DNA of 64,000 nucleotides, filler included, from a bacterium (GTDB taxonomy: Bacteria; JAMORN01): NCBI GenBank assembly GCA_027063545.1. It is 15 parts of 15 records of this genome, joined end to end, with 100 filler letters (N's around TTAATTAATTAA, not from the genome) between each part and the next. Parts side by side here need not be neighbours in the genome. Positions count along the whole stretch, not along the records: positions 51,809 to 54,982 come from JAMORN010000288.1; positions 55,083 to 58,238 come from JAMORN010000289.1; positions 58,339 to 61,494 come from JAMORN010000290.1; positions 61,595 to 64,000 come from JAMORN010000348.1; 11 more parts are not named here. One strand, given 5' to 3'. This document shows positions 54,340 to 63,497 of this stretch, piece after piece (position 1 is the first letter of the stretch; every line of letters starts with the position of its first letter). The notes beneath the pieces were generated by a model. It was given only the letters and a program-made list of their open reading frames with translations, was not told the DNA's origin and ran no database searches. Both the position numbers and the translations under genes were made by a program.

Positions 54340-54982
54340 TTAATACAATGATTATTCCTATATTAACAGGTCCTACAGCTTCAGGAAAGACTTATATTTC
54401 TATAGAAATAGCAAAAAATTTTAATTTAGAAATTATATCAGCAGATTCTAGACAAGTCTATAAATATTTAGATATTGGTACTGCTAAACCAACAAAAGTT
54501 CAACAAACTCAAGTAAAACATCATTTGATAGATTTTTTAGAGTTGGAAGAGAATTATTCTGCTGGTAGATGGCTTGAAGATGTAGATATAAAAATTAAAG
54601 AGATTTTTGATAGAGGAAAATATCCTTTTATTGTAGGAGGTACAGCCTTTTACATATATGTTTTAATTAATGGAATTTTTAAAGAACAGGGTAGTATTCC
54701 TCAGGAGTTAGTATATAATTTAAAGCTAGAATATGATAGAGACCCTAATGGTTTATATAATAAATTATTAGAAGTAGATAAGGAATGGGCTGAGATGATA
54801 TTACCAACAGATAAACAGCGTATAGTAAGAGGACTAAGTTTTTTTCTTTATTACCAAAAGCCTTTATCAAAAGCTTTTAAAGAGGATATTTTTAAATTAA
54901 ACTATGATTTTTTGTTATTTGTTTTAAAACCAGATAAAGATCTATTAAATACTAATATTGAAAGAAGAGTTTACGATATGAT
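54336..54982 (+). CDS. miaA: tRNA dimethylallyltransferase, 3'-truncated
   Basis: GPTASGKT, SADSRQVY..LDIGTAKP, VGGT; follows mutL. Confidence 0.96.
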
Positions 54983-55084
54983 NNNNNNNNNNNNNNNNNN
55001 NNNNNNNNNNNNNNNNNNNNNNNNNNTTAATTAATTAANNNNNNNNNNNNNNNNNNNNNNNNNNNNNNNNNNNNNNNNNNNNAA

Positions 55085-55186
55085 ATCCCATGGCAACATT
55101 GGGGACTTAATAAAGGTTTTAATTTAGTTGATCCTGAAACAGGAGAACCTTTACCAGGAATACTTGAAGCTTTAGGACTTCAATAA
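55085..55186 (+). CDS. C-terminal fragment of a probable GH5 glycoside hydrolase
   Basis: IPWQHWGLNKGFNLVDPETGEPLPGILEALGLQ* matches the W-x-x-W....GF...D......L.AL ending of GH5 barrels. Confidence 0.55.
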   Translation: MPWQHWGLNKGFNLVDPETGEPLPGILEALGLQ

Positions 55187-55196
55187 ATAAAATTAT

Positions 55197-55237
55197 CTCC
55201 CTCCCATTTGAAAATCATCTGAAAAGATGGGAGGGGG
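55197..55237. terminator. Hairpin between convergent genes (probable bidirectional terminator)
   Basis: CTCCCTCCCAT ... ATGGGAGGGGG arms between stops at 55186 and 55245. Confidence 0.55.
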
Positions 55238-55244
55238 GTTATAA

Positions 55245-56966
55245 TTATAACTTAAAAATCTCAAAAAACTTATCATCTATAAAATTTTTGTCTATAGCAT
55301 CTGCTTTAACTAAATTATCAAAATAATTTTTTAAAAAATCAACAAGTTTATCTCCCTCTTCATATCTAAATCCTACTCTATCTAGAAATAACTCTATATT
55401 TGGTATAGGTTGTCTCATTATATCAAAGGAAAGTTTTGCTGCTTCCTTTTTGTTTTTCTTTACCCATTCCACTGCCTCCTTTAATTCTTCTAAAAATAAT
55501 TTCACTAACTCTGGCTTTTCTCTTACCAACTCTCCTTTAAATAAAACTCCAGCATTAGGAAAACTTTCCATTTTAGTATCTATCTTTCTCCAAATATCAG
55601 CAAAAGATATAACTGAATATTTTTCTCCTCTATTTTCAAATACCTTTATAACAAAACTAGCCTCTGGCTCTCTTAGAATTGCTGTATCTATTTTTCTAAA
55701 AATTAAATCCTTCATTATCTCCTGAGGTCTTCCAAAAGGATTTCCATAAACAAATTTAAAATCATCAATACTTAATCCTAATGATTTTATCAAATACTTT
55801 GTTATCTTTGTTGGAGGTGCCTCTTCAAAAAGTGGAGTGTATATCTCTCTTCCTATTATATCTTCAAAACCTTTAGCTTCATATCCTCTTGTTATTAAAT
55901 AAAAGTTATCCCAAACAAATACTGCAGGCATCTTTATATCTAAATCTTTAAGCCTTGGAGTTACCAATACTGCTGAAAAACTTATATCTGCCTTTTTATT
56001 TATTATCCATCCAAGGTGAGCTTCTGTTTCTTCCCAAACTTTAAGTCCTTTAAACTTAATCATTTTTCTTATACGCTCTGATTGTAAAAGTCTCATTATA
56101 ATAGGATAAGCAATAGGGGTGGCTGATTGGATAACAAGTTCTTCTCTATCCTTTGAATCTTCTACATCCTCTACCTTTTTATAAAAATAAACCCAATATT
56201 CTCCTTTACTTTTTTCTTCAACCTCATGTTCAAATCCCATGCCAGATAACATATTTATAAGCGGCTGGGGATAAAAACGTTGAATTAGTATAAAACCACT
56301 TCCTTCCTCTATTTCATAAGCCTTTTTCATTATAACATCAAAAGGATCTGTTTTCATTTCTCTTCCATCAAGTTTTTCAAAAGTATCCTTTATATCCTTC
56401 CAATCAACAACTTTTTCATTCTCAAGTTGTTTTGCTTTTTCTTCTGCTTCTTCAAATAATTCATCTATAAATCTATTATGCTCTTCACTATCCTGAAGAT
56501 CCTTTAAACATTCAGGGAATTTATCTTTTAATTTATCTTCTAAACCTAAAGCTTTATTTAACGTATGAAGAATTACGCATATACTTACCCCAGTAACTCT
56601 GGCAGCATCTCTAAAAGTTGCATATTTAGCTACAGTATTCCACATAACAGGATTATAGAGTCTTTTAAATTTGGGAGAAATCTTTACTAATGCCTCTTTT
56701 AACTCAGGATATTTTTCTAGAGTCTCTCTTACTTTTGAAGAAGCTAAAATTAAGTCCTTTTCTTCTTTTTCCTCTGCTTCTATTGCACCAACAGGACATA
56801 TATCTTTAGCTTTTAGAGATTCTTTCAATTCTTCTTCATTTTCAGGTTGTTTAAAAACAAATGCTTTTTGAGTTTTTTCATCTATTTTAAAATTATTTTC
56901 TGCTGCAAATACACATGCTCTACATCCTATACATTTATCATTTACAAAAAATTCTGGTTTTTTCAT
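55245..56966 (-). CDS. Multidomain protein: ferredoxin + DUF1858-like + DUF2249-like + SsuA/NMT1-type binding-protein fold
   Basis: CIGCRAC...CPVGAI; KVRETLEKYPELKEALVKISPKFKRLYNP..AT..DAA; LDGRE..DPF..IM...F.PQPLINML..MGF; AILREP...FPNAGVLF...LKEAVEW; no signal peptide. Confidence 0.75.
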   Translation of the reverse strand: MKKPEFFVNDKCIGCRACVFAAENNFKIDEKTQKAFVFKQPENEEELKESLKAKDICPVGAIEAEEKEEKDLILASSKVRETLEKYPELKEALVKISPKFKRLYNPVMWNTVAKYATFRDAARVTGVSICVILHTLNKALGLEDKLKDKFPECLKDLQDSEEHNRFIDELFEEAEEKAKQLENEKVVDWKDIKDTFEKLDGREMKTDPFDVIMKKAYEIEEGSGFILIQRFYPQPLINMLSGMGFEHEVEEKSKGEYWVYFYKKVEDVEDSKDREELVIQSATPIAYPIIMRLLQSERIRKMIKFKGLKVWEETEAHLGWIINKKADISFSAVLVTPRLKDLDIKMPAVFVWDNFYLITRGYEAKGFEDIIGREIYTPLFEEAPPTKITKYLIKSLGLSIDDFKFVYGNPFGRPQEIMKDLIFRKIDTAILREPEASFVIKVFENRGEKYSVISFADIWRKIDTKMESFPNAGVLFKGELVREKPELVKLFLEELKEAVEWVKKNKKEAAKLSFDIMRQPIPNIELFLDRVGFRYEEGDKLVDFLKNYFDNLVKADAIDKNFIDDKFFEIFKL

Positions 56967-57071
56967 GGTTATCTTCCTTTTTTATCATTTTTATCATCGT
57001 TTTTATGATATTAAAATAAAAAATTTTTATAAAAAAATCAAATAGAAAATTTAGAATAGTTTAACTTTTAT

Positions 57072-58085
57072 TTAATTAGAACCATTATATTCAAGAAGTT
57101 TTGACACTACAAAACTTCCTGATTCTGAGAGTTTACCACCCCAAACTTCACCTGGTAAAAGAAGTGCTGATGTTTCATTTACATTTGAATATGACCAATT
57201 ACACCAACTTATTTGTTTTTCTTCTAAAAACCTCAGCCATTTTTCACTTTCATCTAAATCAATGGTTCCATCCCCTGTTGCTTCAGTAGTTCCCCATTCT
57301 GTTACAAATACGGGGATTCTTAAAGAAGCATACCATAAATTTCTTTGAATTTGTGAATCAAATTTATGGGTTGCAGCATAAAAATGAAAGGCGTACATAA
57401 TATTTGAATATCCATCTATAGGATCATCTGCTGCCTCATTAATATTTTGGTTCCATGAAGGAGTCCCCACTATTATTATATTATTCGGATCTATACTTCT
57501 TATTGTTTTTATCATCTCCTCTGCATAAGCCTTTATTGTAACCCAATCTTCATCATCTGGCTCATTATAAATCTCGTATAAAATGTTTGGATATTCCTTA
57601 TACTTCTCAGCTATATAAGTAAAAAACTCTTTTGCCTCATCTATATGATCCGGTGCATTATGATCATGCCAATCAACAATTACATAAATACCTAAATCTA
57701 TACATGCTTGTATTACACTATCTGCTAAACTCTTATTAAACTCTGGATCATTTAAATAACCTCCTAACTCAACTCCTATAGCTGCTCTTATAACATTAGC
57801 TCCATAATACTCTTTTGCATACTTTATAGCTTCTTTATTGTAAAAAGCATATCCCCATTGACTCCAATATAAACTAAGACCTCGCAAAACTACAACATTT
57901 CCATCTTTATCTAACAATTTATTTCCTTCAACTTTCAGTGGCCCATAAGAAGCAGCCCAATCTTTCTGGATAACAATAATCTCTTCGTTCCTATCCCAAG
58001 TACACCCATAAAAGATTATTATTGAGAAAAACAGAATAATTATTATAAAAAAAATCCTTTTATTTAAAAAGTTCATAAATCTCAC
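57072..58085 (-). CDS. GH5 (subfamily 2-like) endoglucanase lipoprotein
   Basis: Lipobox FYGC; YGPLKVEG, LRGLSLYWS, VDWH, NEP acid/base, HFYAATH, FVTEWG nucleophile, SWCNWS. Confidence 0.93.
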   Translation of the reverse strand: MRFMNFLNKRIFFIIIILFFSIIIFYGCTWDRNEEIIVIQKDWAASYGPLKVEGNKLLDKDGNVVVLRGLSLYWSQWGYAFYNKEAIKYAKEYYGANVIRAAIGVELGGYLNDPEFNKSLADSVIQACIDLGIYVIVDWHDHNAPDHIDEAKEFFTYIAEKYKEYPNILYEIYNEPDDEDWVTIKAYAEEMIKTIRSIDPNNIIIVGTPSWNQNINEAADDPIDGYSNIMYAFHFYAATHKFDSQIQRNLWYASLRIPVFVTEWGTTEATGDGTIDLDESEKWLRFLEEKQISWCNWSYSNVNETSALLLPGEVWGGKLSESGSFVVSKLLEYNGSN

Positions 58086-58238
58086 TTACATCCTCTCTAA
58101 TTAATTGTTTAACCTGACCAAATGGATAATACTCTTCTAATGTATCTAAGATCTCATTCTTTGCCTTATCAACATCTATCTCTTTATACTCTGATAACCT
58201 AATAGGAGCTCCAAGACCTTTAAAAAATGCCTCAAGTA
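58060..58238 (-). CDS. Iron-containing alcohol dehydrogenase (Bdh/YqhD-like) C-terminal fragment
   Basis: Translated by hand: LEAFFKGLGAPIRLSEY...FGQVKQLIREDVSEIYELFK*. Confidence 0.65.
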
Positions 58239-58364
58239 NNNNNNNNNNNNNNNNNNNNNNNNNNNNNNNNNNNNNNNNNNNNTTAATTAATTAANNNNNN
58301 NNNNNNNNNNNNNNNNNNNNNNNNNNNNNNNNNNNNNNGCAAATATTTCTTATATAAAATTTAG

Positions 58365-58398
58365 AAATAAATCCCTCCAAATAAGGAGGGATTTATTT
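58365..58398 (-). terminator. Intrinsic terminator downstream of the DJ-1 gene
   Basis: Perfect 14-bp stem AAATAAATCCCTCC / GGAGGGATTTATTT with a 6-nt loop, immediately after the stop at 58399. Confidence 0.75.
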
Positions 58399-58956
58399 TT
58401 ATTTATTCTTTCTTTCATATAATAATTTAGCTGCTAAATCATCTGCCTTTTCTTTAGATAATAACTTTTCTACAATTTTCAAAGCAAATTCCATAGCAGT
58501 AGCCGGACCTCTAGATGTAAGTATATTTTCTGATTCTGCTACAATATCTTTTACATAAACACTATCTTTAAAAACTTCTTCAAATCCCGGATATGCTGTA
58601 ACTACTTTATTTTTAACTACTCCAGCCTTTGCTAAAACTGTTGGAGCTGCACAAATTGCTCCTATAGGTTTCTTTTTTTGTTCAAAGTACTTCAGTAATT
58701 CTATTACTTTATCATTCTTTTTTAAATTTTCTGTCCCTACAGCTCCTCCTGGTAATACAACCATATCATAATCCTCTGGATTTATCTCAGAAATCTTCTT
58801 ATCACTTTTTACAAAAATACCATGACCACCTTCAACAAGCTCCTTATCTTCTACAGAGATACCATCTACTTCAATTTCAGCCCTTCTTAATATATCCCAA
58901 ATTGTTATACACTCTATTTCTTCAAATCCTGTTGCTAAAAGTAATGCTACCTTCAT
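58399..58956 (-). CDS. DJ-1/YajL (ThiJ) family glyoxalase/deglycase
   Basis: GFEEIE, DILRRA, LPGG..G, AICAAP, TSRGPATA; GGAGG RBS fits ATG 58956. Confidence 0.93.
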   Translation of the reverse strand: MKVALLLATGFEEIECITIWDILRRAEIEVDGISVEDKELVEGGHGIFVKSDKKISEINPEDYDMVVLPGGAVGTENLKKNDKVIELLKYFEQKKKPIGAICAAPTVLAKAGVVKNKVVTAYPGFEEVFKDSVYVKDIVAESENILTSRGPATAMEFALKIVEKLLSKEKADDLAAKLLYERKNK

Positions 58957-58989
58957 AGACAACCCTCCTTTTTTTATTATGTTAATTTT

Positions 58990-61494
58990 CTATACAGGTA
59001 AATCTTTTTTATCATACTTTATATTAACATCACTATATACCTTTTTTATAGCCTTCAATTTTCTAAAATCTGGTTGTATTTTAAAACCTAATCCAAAAGT
59101 ATATTCTTTATCTCCGGTATTTAATTTTATAAGAACATCCTTTCCAAATTTAGCATCATCTACTTTAAGGTCTTTTAATAAATTTATTATACTATTTATT
59201 TGGATAGATAATTCATTTTTTAAATCTATTTCTATATTAACTTTATCTAAAAACCTATCTTTTATATCCTTAATATTCTTACTATCACGTAAATCAAAAA
59301 TCTCTCTTACATAAATAACAGGAGTATCAGAATCTAACCTTAAATAGCCATAAAATCCTAAAAGATCAGCTAACTCAATAATTACTTTAGGTCTTTTAGA
59401 AGTCTTAATATCTAATAATCTATCTGGATAATATTTTTTTACAAAATTATAGTATACTCTATCCTTAAATCTAACCTCTCCTTCTCCTTCAAAACTTTCA
59501 ATTCTTAAAACAAAATTAATATTATCATTTCTCTTTTCTGCTTTTATAGCCAATACTGTTCCTATACATAATACATCAATAAAATTACTTTCACTGTTTT
59601 TATACTTATCCTTTAAAAATTCAAACTCCTCTTCAGAAAACTTAAAATTAACGATCATACCCGCTTCTTCTCTTACTTTATCTAACGGATTACCACTTAC
59701 AAAAAATCCTATAAGATCAATTTCTGATGATAATCTATCTTTTAAAGATAGTTCATTTTCGGGTTCATCTAATTCTAAAAATATTTCTTCATTCTCTATT
59801 TGATTATTATCTCCTGAAGCAAATAAACTTACAAGTCCCATCTCTTTATTTTTCTTTAAGGTAGAAGCATAATTTAATACCTTATCTATATTTGCTAACA
59901 TCTTTTCTCTTTTTTCACCTAAACTATCTAAAGCACCAGATTTTATTAGATTTTCTAAAACATTTTTATTTAAAGGAACTCTTTTAACAAAATCTATGAA
60001 ATCTTTAAATGGCCCTCCTGAATTTCTCTCTTCAATAATTCCCCTCACATTTGCTTCCCCAATATTTTTAATAGCTGCTAATCCTAAATAAATTTTATCA
60101 TCTACAATCTTAAAATCAATATCACTAATATTAATATTAGGAGGCATAATCTTTATTCTTTTCTTTTTAGCTTCTTTTATAAAGAATCTAATTTTATCAG
60201 CATCTTTTTCTGTTGATAAGATTGCTGTAAAATACTCAATTGGATAATTGGCTTTTAAATAAGCTGTTTGATAAGCTAACCATGCATAAGCAGCAGCATG
60301 AGATTTATTAAATCCATAGGAAGCAAATTTTTCCATTAATTTAAATATTGCCTCTGCAACATCCTTATCTATTCCATTTGCTATTGCTCCCTCTATAAAC
60401 TCCTTACCTAACTTTTCCATTTCTTTAACTTTCTTTTTAGCCATAGCCCTTCTTAATAAATCAGCTTTACCCAACGAAAATCCAGCTAAATCCTGAGCTA
60501 TTTTCATAACCTGCTCTTGATATACTATAATACCATAAGTTTCTTCTAAAATAGGTTTCAGCTTTGGGTGTAGATACTCTATAGGTTCTCTGCCATGTTT
60601 TCTATTAATAAAAGAAGGTATATTATCCATAGGACCTGGTCTATATAAAGCATTCATAGCTATTAAATCTTCTAATCTATTTGGTTTCAACTCTTTTAAA
60701 TATTTTCTCATTCCTAAAGATTCAAATTGAAATACAGCCACAGTATCGCCGTTTTGGAATAATTTCCAAGTTTTTTTATCATCTAAAGGAATATTTTCTA
60801 TGTCTATCTTTTTTCCTTTATTCTCTTCTATAAGTTCTAATGTTTTATAGATCTGAGTTAAAGTTCTGAGACCTAAAAAGTCCATTTTTAATAATCCAGC
60901 TGCCTCAATATAATTCTTATCATATTGTGTAGCCACAACATCTTTTACAGTACATATAGGTACATAATCACTTACCTTCCCCGGAGCTATTATAACACCT
61001 GCTGCATGCAGTGAAAGCTGTCTGATTGGACCTTTATATTTTCTTGAATATTCCATTACTTTCATTATTTTTTCAGGATCTGCAAAATCTTCTATAGCCT
61101 CTTTAAATTCTTCTGTACTTATAACAAAACCAATTACATCATCATTAGCTTTGTATTCTTCATACTTTTCAGGATATTTTTTTGCTAAATCCTTTAATAA
61201 AGAATCATAAATCTTTGTTAATCTATCTGTTTCTGAAGGTGTTACTTCAAAAAATCTAGCAACATCTCTTATAGCTGCTTTTTCTTTAATAATAGAAAAT
61301 GTAACTATTTGAGCAATTGATTCGCTACCATACCTTTGTTTAACATATTCAATAACCTTATCTCTCTTTGTATCACCAAAATCAATATCTATATCAGGCA
61401 TTGAAACTCTTTCTGGATTCAAAAATCTTTCAAATAATAAATTATACTTTAATGGATCTATATTTGTTATACCTAAGGCATAAGCAACTAAGGA
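58990..61494 (-). CDS. dnaE: DNA polymerase III alpha subunit, 5'-truncated
   Basis: SLVAYALGIT..DP...LLFERFLNPERVSMPDIDID, HAAG, LLKMDFLGL, ALYRPGP, YGFNKSH. Confidence 0.97.
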   Translation of the reverse strand, partial: SLVAYALGITNIDPLKYNLLFERFLNPERVSMPDIDIDFGDTKRDKVIEYVKQRYGSESIAQIVTFSIIKEKAAIRDVARFFEVTPSETDRLTKIYDSLLKDLAKKYPEKYEEYKANDDVIGFVISTEEFKEAIEDFADPEKIMKVMEYSRKYKGPIRQLSLHAAGVIIAPGKVSDYVPICTVKDVVATQYDKNYIEAAGLLKMDFLGLRTLTQIYKTLELIEENKGKKIDIENIPLDDKKTWKLFQNGDTVAVFQFESLGMRKYLKELKPNRLEDLIAMNALYRPGPMDNIPSFINRKHGREPIEYLHPKLKPILEETYGIIVYQEQVMKIAQDLAGFSLGKADLLRRAMAKKKVKEMEKLGKEFIEGAIANGIDKDVAEAIFKLMEKFASYGFNKSHAAAYAWLAYQTAYLKANYPIEYFTAILSTEKDADKIRFFIKEAKKKRIKIMPPNINISDIDFKIVDDKIYLGLAAIKNIGEANVRGIIEERNSGGPFKDFIDFVKRVPLNKNVLENLIKSGALDSLGEKREKMLANIDKVLNYASTLKKNKEMGLVSLFASGDNNQIENEEIFLELDEPENELSLKDRLSSEIDLIGFFVSGNPLDKVREEAGMIVNFKFSEEEFEFLKDKYKNSESNFIDVLCIGTVLAIKAEKRNDNINFVLRIESFEGEGEVRFKDRVYYNFVKKYYPDRLLDIKTSKRPKVIIELADLLGFYGYLRLDSDTPVIYVREIFDLRDSKNIKDIKDRFLDKVNIEIDLKNELSIQINSIINLLKDLKVDDAKFGKDVLIKLNTGDKEYTFGLGFKIQPDFRKLKAIKKVYSDVNIKYDKKDLPV

Positions 61495-61595
61495 NNNNNN
61501 NNNNNNNNNNNNNNNNNNNNNNNNNNNNNNNNNNNNNNTTAATTAATTAANNNNNNNNNNNNNNNNNNNNNNNNNNNNNNNNNNNNNNNNNNNNT

Positions 61596-61661
61596 AGAAA
61601 AGCAATTTATGAAGCTGTAATATCTGCAACCGAGAGGGTTAGAAGTTTAAGAAATAAATAA
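61596..61661 (+). CDS. proC: Pyrroline-5-carboxylate reductase C-terminal fragment
   Basis: RKAIYEAVISATERVRSLRNK* matches the ProC final helix R.A..EAV.AA.ER..EL. Confidence 0.55.
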   Translation, partial: RKAIYEAVISATERVRSLRNK

Positions 61662-61678
61662 TAAAAAGGGAGATATAT

Positions 61679-62284
61679 TTGATTGTAATAATAGACTACG
61701 GAATGGGTAATTTAAAATCAGTATATAATGCGTTTAAAAAATATACTGAAAATGTTTTGATTTCTTCAGAAAAAAAAGAAATAGAGAATGCGGAAAAGTT
61801 AGTTTTACCTGGTGTAGGAGCTTTTGGTGATGCTATAAATAATTTGAAAAATTATAGGCTTTTTGAGATAATAAGAGAAAAAGTTATCCAAGATAAAGCT
61901 AAATTTTTAGGTATTTGTTTAGGATTACAATTGATTTTTGAGGAGAGTGAAGAATCTCCAGGAGTAAAAGGATTTAGTTTTATAGAAGGTAAGGTAAAAA
62001 AGTTTTCTTTAGATTTTCTAAAAGTTCCACAAATTGGGTGGAATAGTATTAGAAAAGTGAAAGAACATAAAGTATTAGACGGAATTAAAAGTGGTGAATA
62101 TTTTTATTTTGTTCATTCTTATTATGTTGATCCTTTAGATAATAATATAATTTTGACAAAAACAAATTATGGAATAGATTACGTATCATCAATTGCTATG
62201 GATAATATAGTAGCTTTTCAGTTTCATCCAGAAAAAAGTCATAACTCTGGATTAAAGATTATTGAAAATTTTATCAAGTGGTAA
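61679..62284 (+). CDS. hisH: Imidazole glycerol phosphate synthase glutaminase subunit
   Basis: IDYGMGNL.SV, LPGVGAF, GICLG, FYFVHSYY, QFHPEKS. Confidence 0.97.
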   Translation: MIVIIDYGMGNLKSVYNAFKKYTENVLISSEKKEIENAEKLVLPGVGAFGDAINNLKNYRLFEIIREKVIQDKAKFLGICLGLQLIFEESEESPGVKGFSFIEGKVKKFSLDFLKVPQIGWNSIRKVKEHKVLDGIKSGEYFYFVHSYYVDPLDNNIILTKTNYGIDYVSSIAMDNIVAFQFHPEKSHNSGLKIIENFIKW

Positions 62285-62295
62285 AAGAGGAGATT

Positions 62296-63315
62296 ATGAA
62301 AACACATAAGATTTTCTCTATTATTTTAGGAGTATTAATATCAATAACTGCAATATACGCTTTTTTTTGGGGAGTTGATATTAAAATTTTTTCATTTAAT
62401 ATAAAATTTGAGAAGGTAGATTTTTCTTCTATATACACCACATTGAAATCTATAAATATTTACTATTTTATTTTAGCATTTATTTTTTCTCAGATTACTT
62501 TTATTTTTAGAGCAATTAGATTATGGTTAATATTAAAGAGTATAAAGGAAAATGTTTCACTTTGGGATTCTATTATTTTTACGATTTTAGGATTTGGAGG
62601 TAATAATATTTTACCATTACGGGGTGGTGAAGCTCTTAAAGCCTTTTCTATATATAAAAAAACAGGTATTTCATTTGTATCAGCTACAAATTCTGTAATA
62701 ATAGAGAGAATTTATGATACCATAAATTTAGGAATTTTTATTTTATTTATACTATTTTTTATGAATATTTCTGAGAATAAATTTTTAGCTAAATATTTCA
62801 TAGATCTAAAAGAATTTGCGATATATGCTTCTTTGTTTTTTATATTCTTATTTATTTTTTTATTATCTATTGATAAAATAGAATTCTTCAAAAGAAAGAA
62901 ATCCAATAAAATAATTATAGAAGTTTTAAGGTTTAAACACATGATATTACCTAATTTTAATCTATTTGTTTTTATGATATTGATAACAATTTTATTATGG
63001 TTTAGTCTTGATTTGGGGATATATTTTTTATTTAAAGCTTTCCATATGAATTTATCTATAATAGCAGGGGTATTATTAGAAACACTTTTATCTGTTAGTG
63101 TAGCTTTGCCATCAACACCAGGATTTTTAGGTGTTTTTCAGGTAGCTGTAGAATTAATTTTAAAGACATTTTCTATTTCCATATCTACATCCACTATCAA
63201 AAGTTTTGCTATTTTATTATGGATTGTTCAAATAATTCCAATTACTTTTTTATTTATAATTACAATTTCATTATTACCCGAATATCTATCAAAAGATTTT
63301 AATAATGAGATATGA
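62296..63315 (+). CDS. Lysylphosphatidylglycerol synthase TM-domain (UPF0104, flippase-like) protein
   Basis: RAIR, NNILPLRGGE, ERIYD, PSTPGFLGVFQ; GAGGAG RBS before ATG 62296. Confidence 0.88.
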   Translation: MKTHKIFSIILGVLISITAIYAFFWGVDIKIFSFNIKFEKVDFSSIYTTLKSINIYYFILAFIFSQITFIFRAIRLWLILKSIKENVSLWDSIIFTILGFGGNNILPLRGGEALKAFSIYKKTGISFVSATNSVIIERIYDTINLGIFILFILFFMNISENKFLAKYFIDLKEFAIYASLFFIFLFIFLLSIDKIEFFKRKKSNKIIIEVLRFKHMILPNFNLFVFMILITILLWFSLDLGIYFLFKAFHMNLSIIAGVLLETLLSVSVALPSTPGFLGVFQVAVELILKTFSISISTSTIKSFAILLWIVQIIPITFLFIITISLLPEYLSKDFNNEI

Positions 63316-63459
63316 GTAACTAATTAGGAATATAAAAGGTTCGGTTAACAAATGGTTTTTAAATGAGTTTTATTGGCACTGAAGTGAAGAAGATGATGGT
63401 ATAATGGTTTGATAATATTGAGATATGGGAAGGATTGCCAGAAGAATAAAAAAATACTC

Positions 63460-63488
63460 TTGATATATAAAATCTTTTTTTATATTTT
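63460..63488 (+). promoter_or_regulatory. Putative sigma70 promoter of dnaX
   Basis: TTGATA (63460-63465), 17 nt spacer, TATTTT (63483-63488), 9 nt before the ATG. Confidence 0.45.
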
Positions 63489-63497
63489 AAATTCACT

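Noticed and set aside
60280-60330. Possible intein or split site in dnaE near KFASYGFNKSH
   Set aside because: The sequence is continuous with no intein motifs; the missing N-terminus is due to the contig end.
3326-61594. Recurring TTAATTAATTAA at about 3.3-kb intervals, resembling a repeat array
   Set aside because: Always embedded in N-runs of fixed 100-nt total length; it is a contig-joining linker, and the spacing reflects contigs of similar, mostly decreasing length.
5740-62942. Many 60-115 aa ORFs antisense to long genes (e.g. 5740-5931, 24230-24553, 25305-25652, 32469-32780, 35946-36266, 52554-52796, 58979-59314)
   Set aside because: Shadow ORFs opposite well-supported genes, with F/S/I-rich composition typical of reverse-strand reading.
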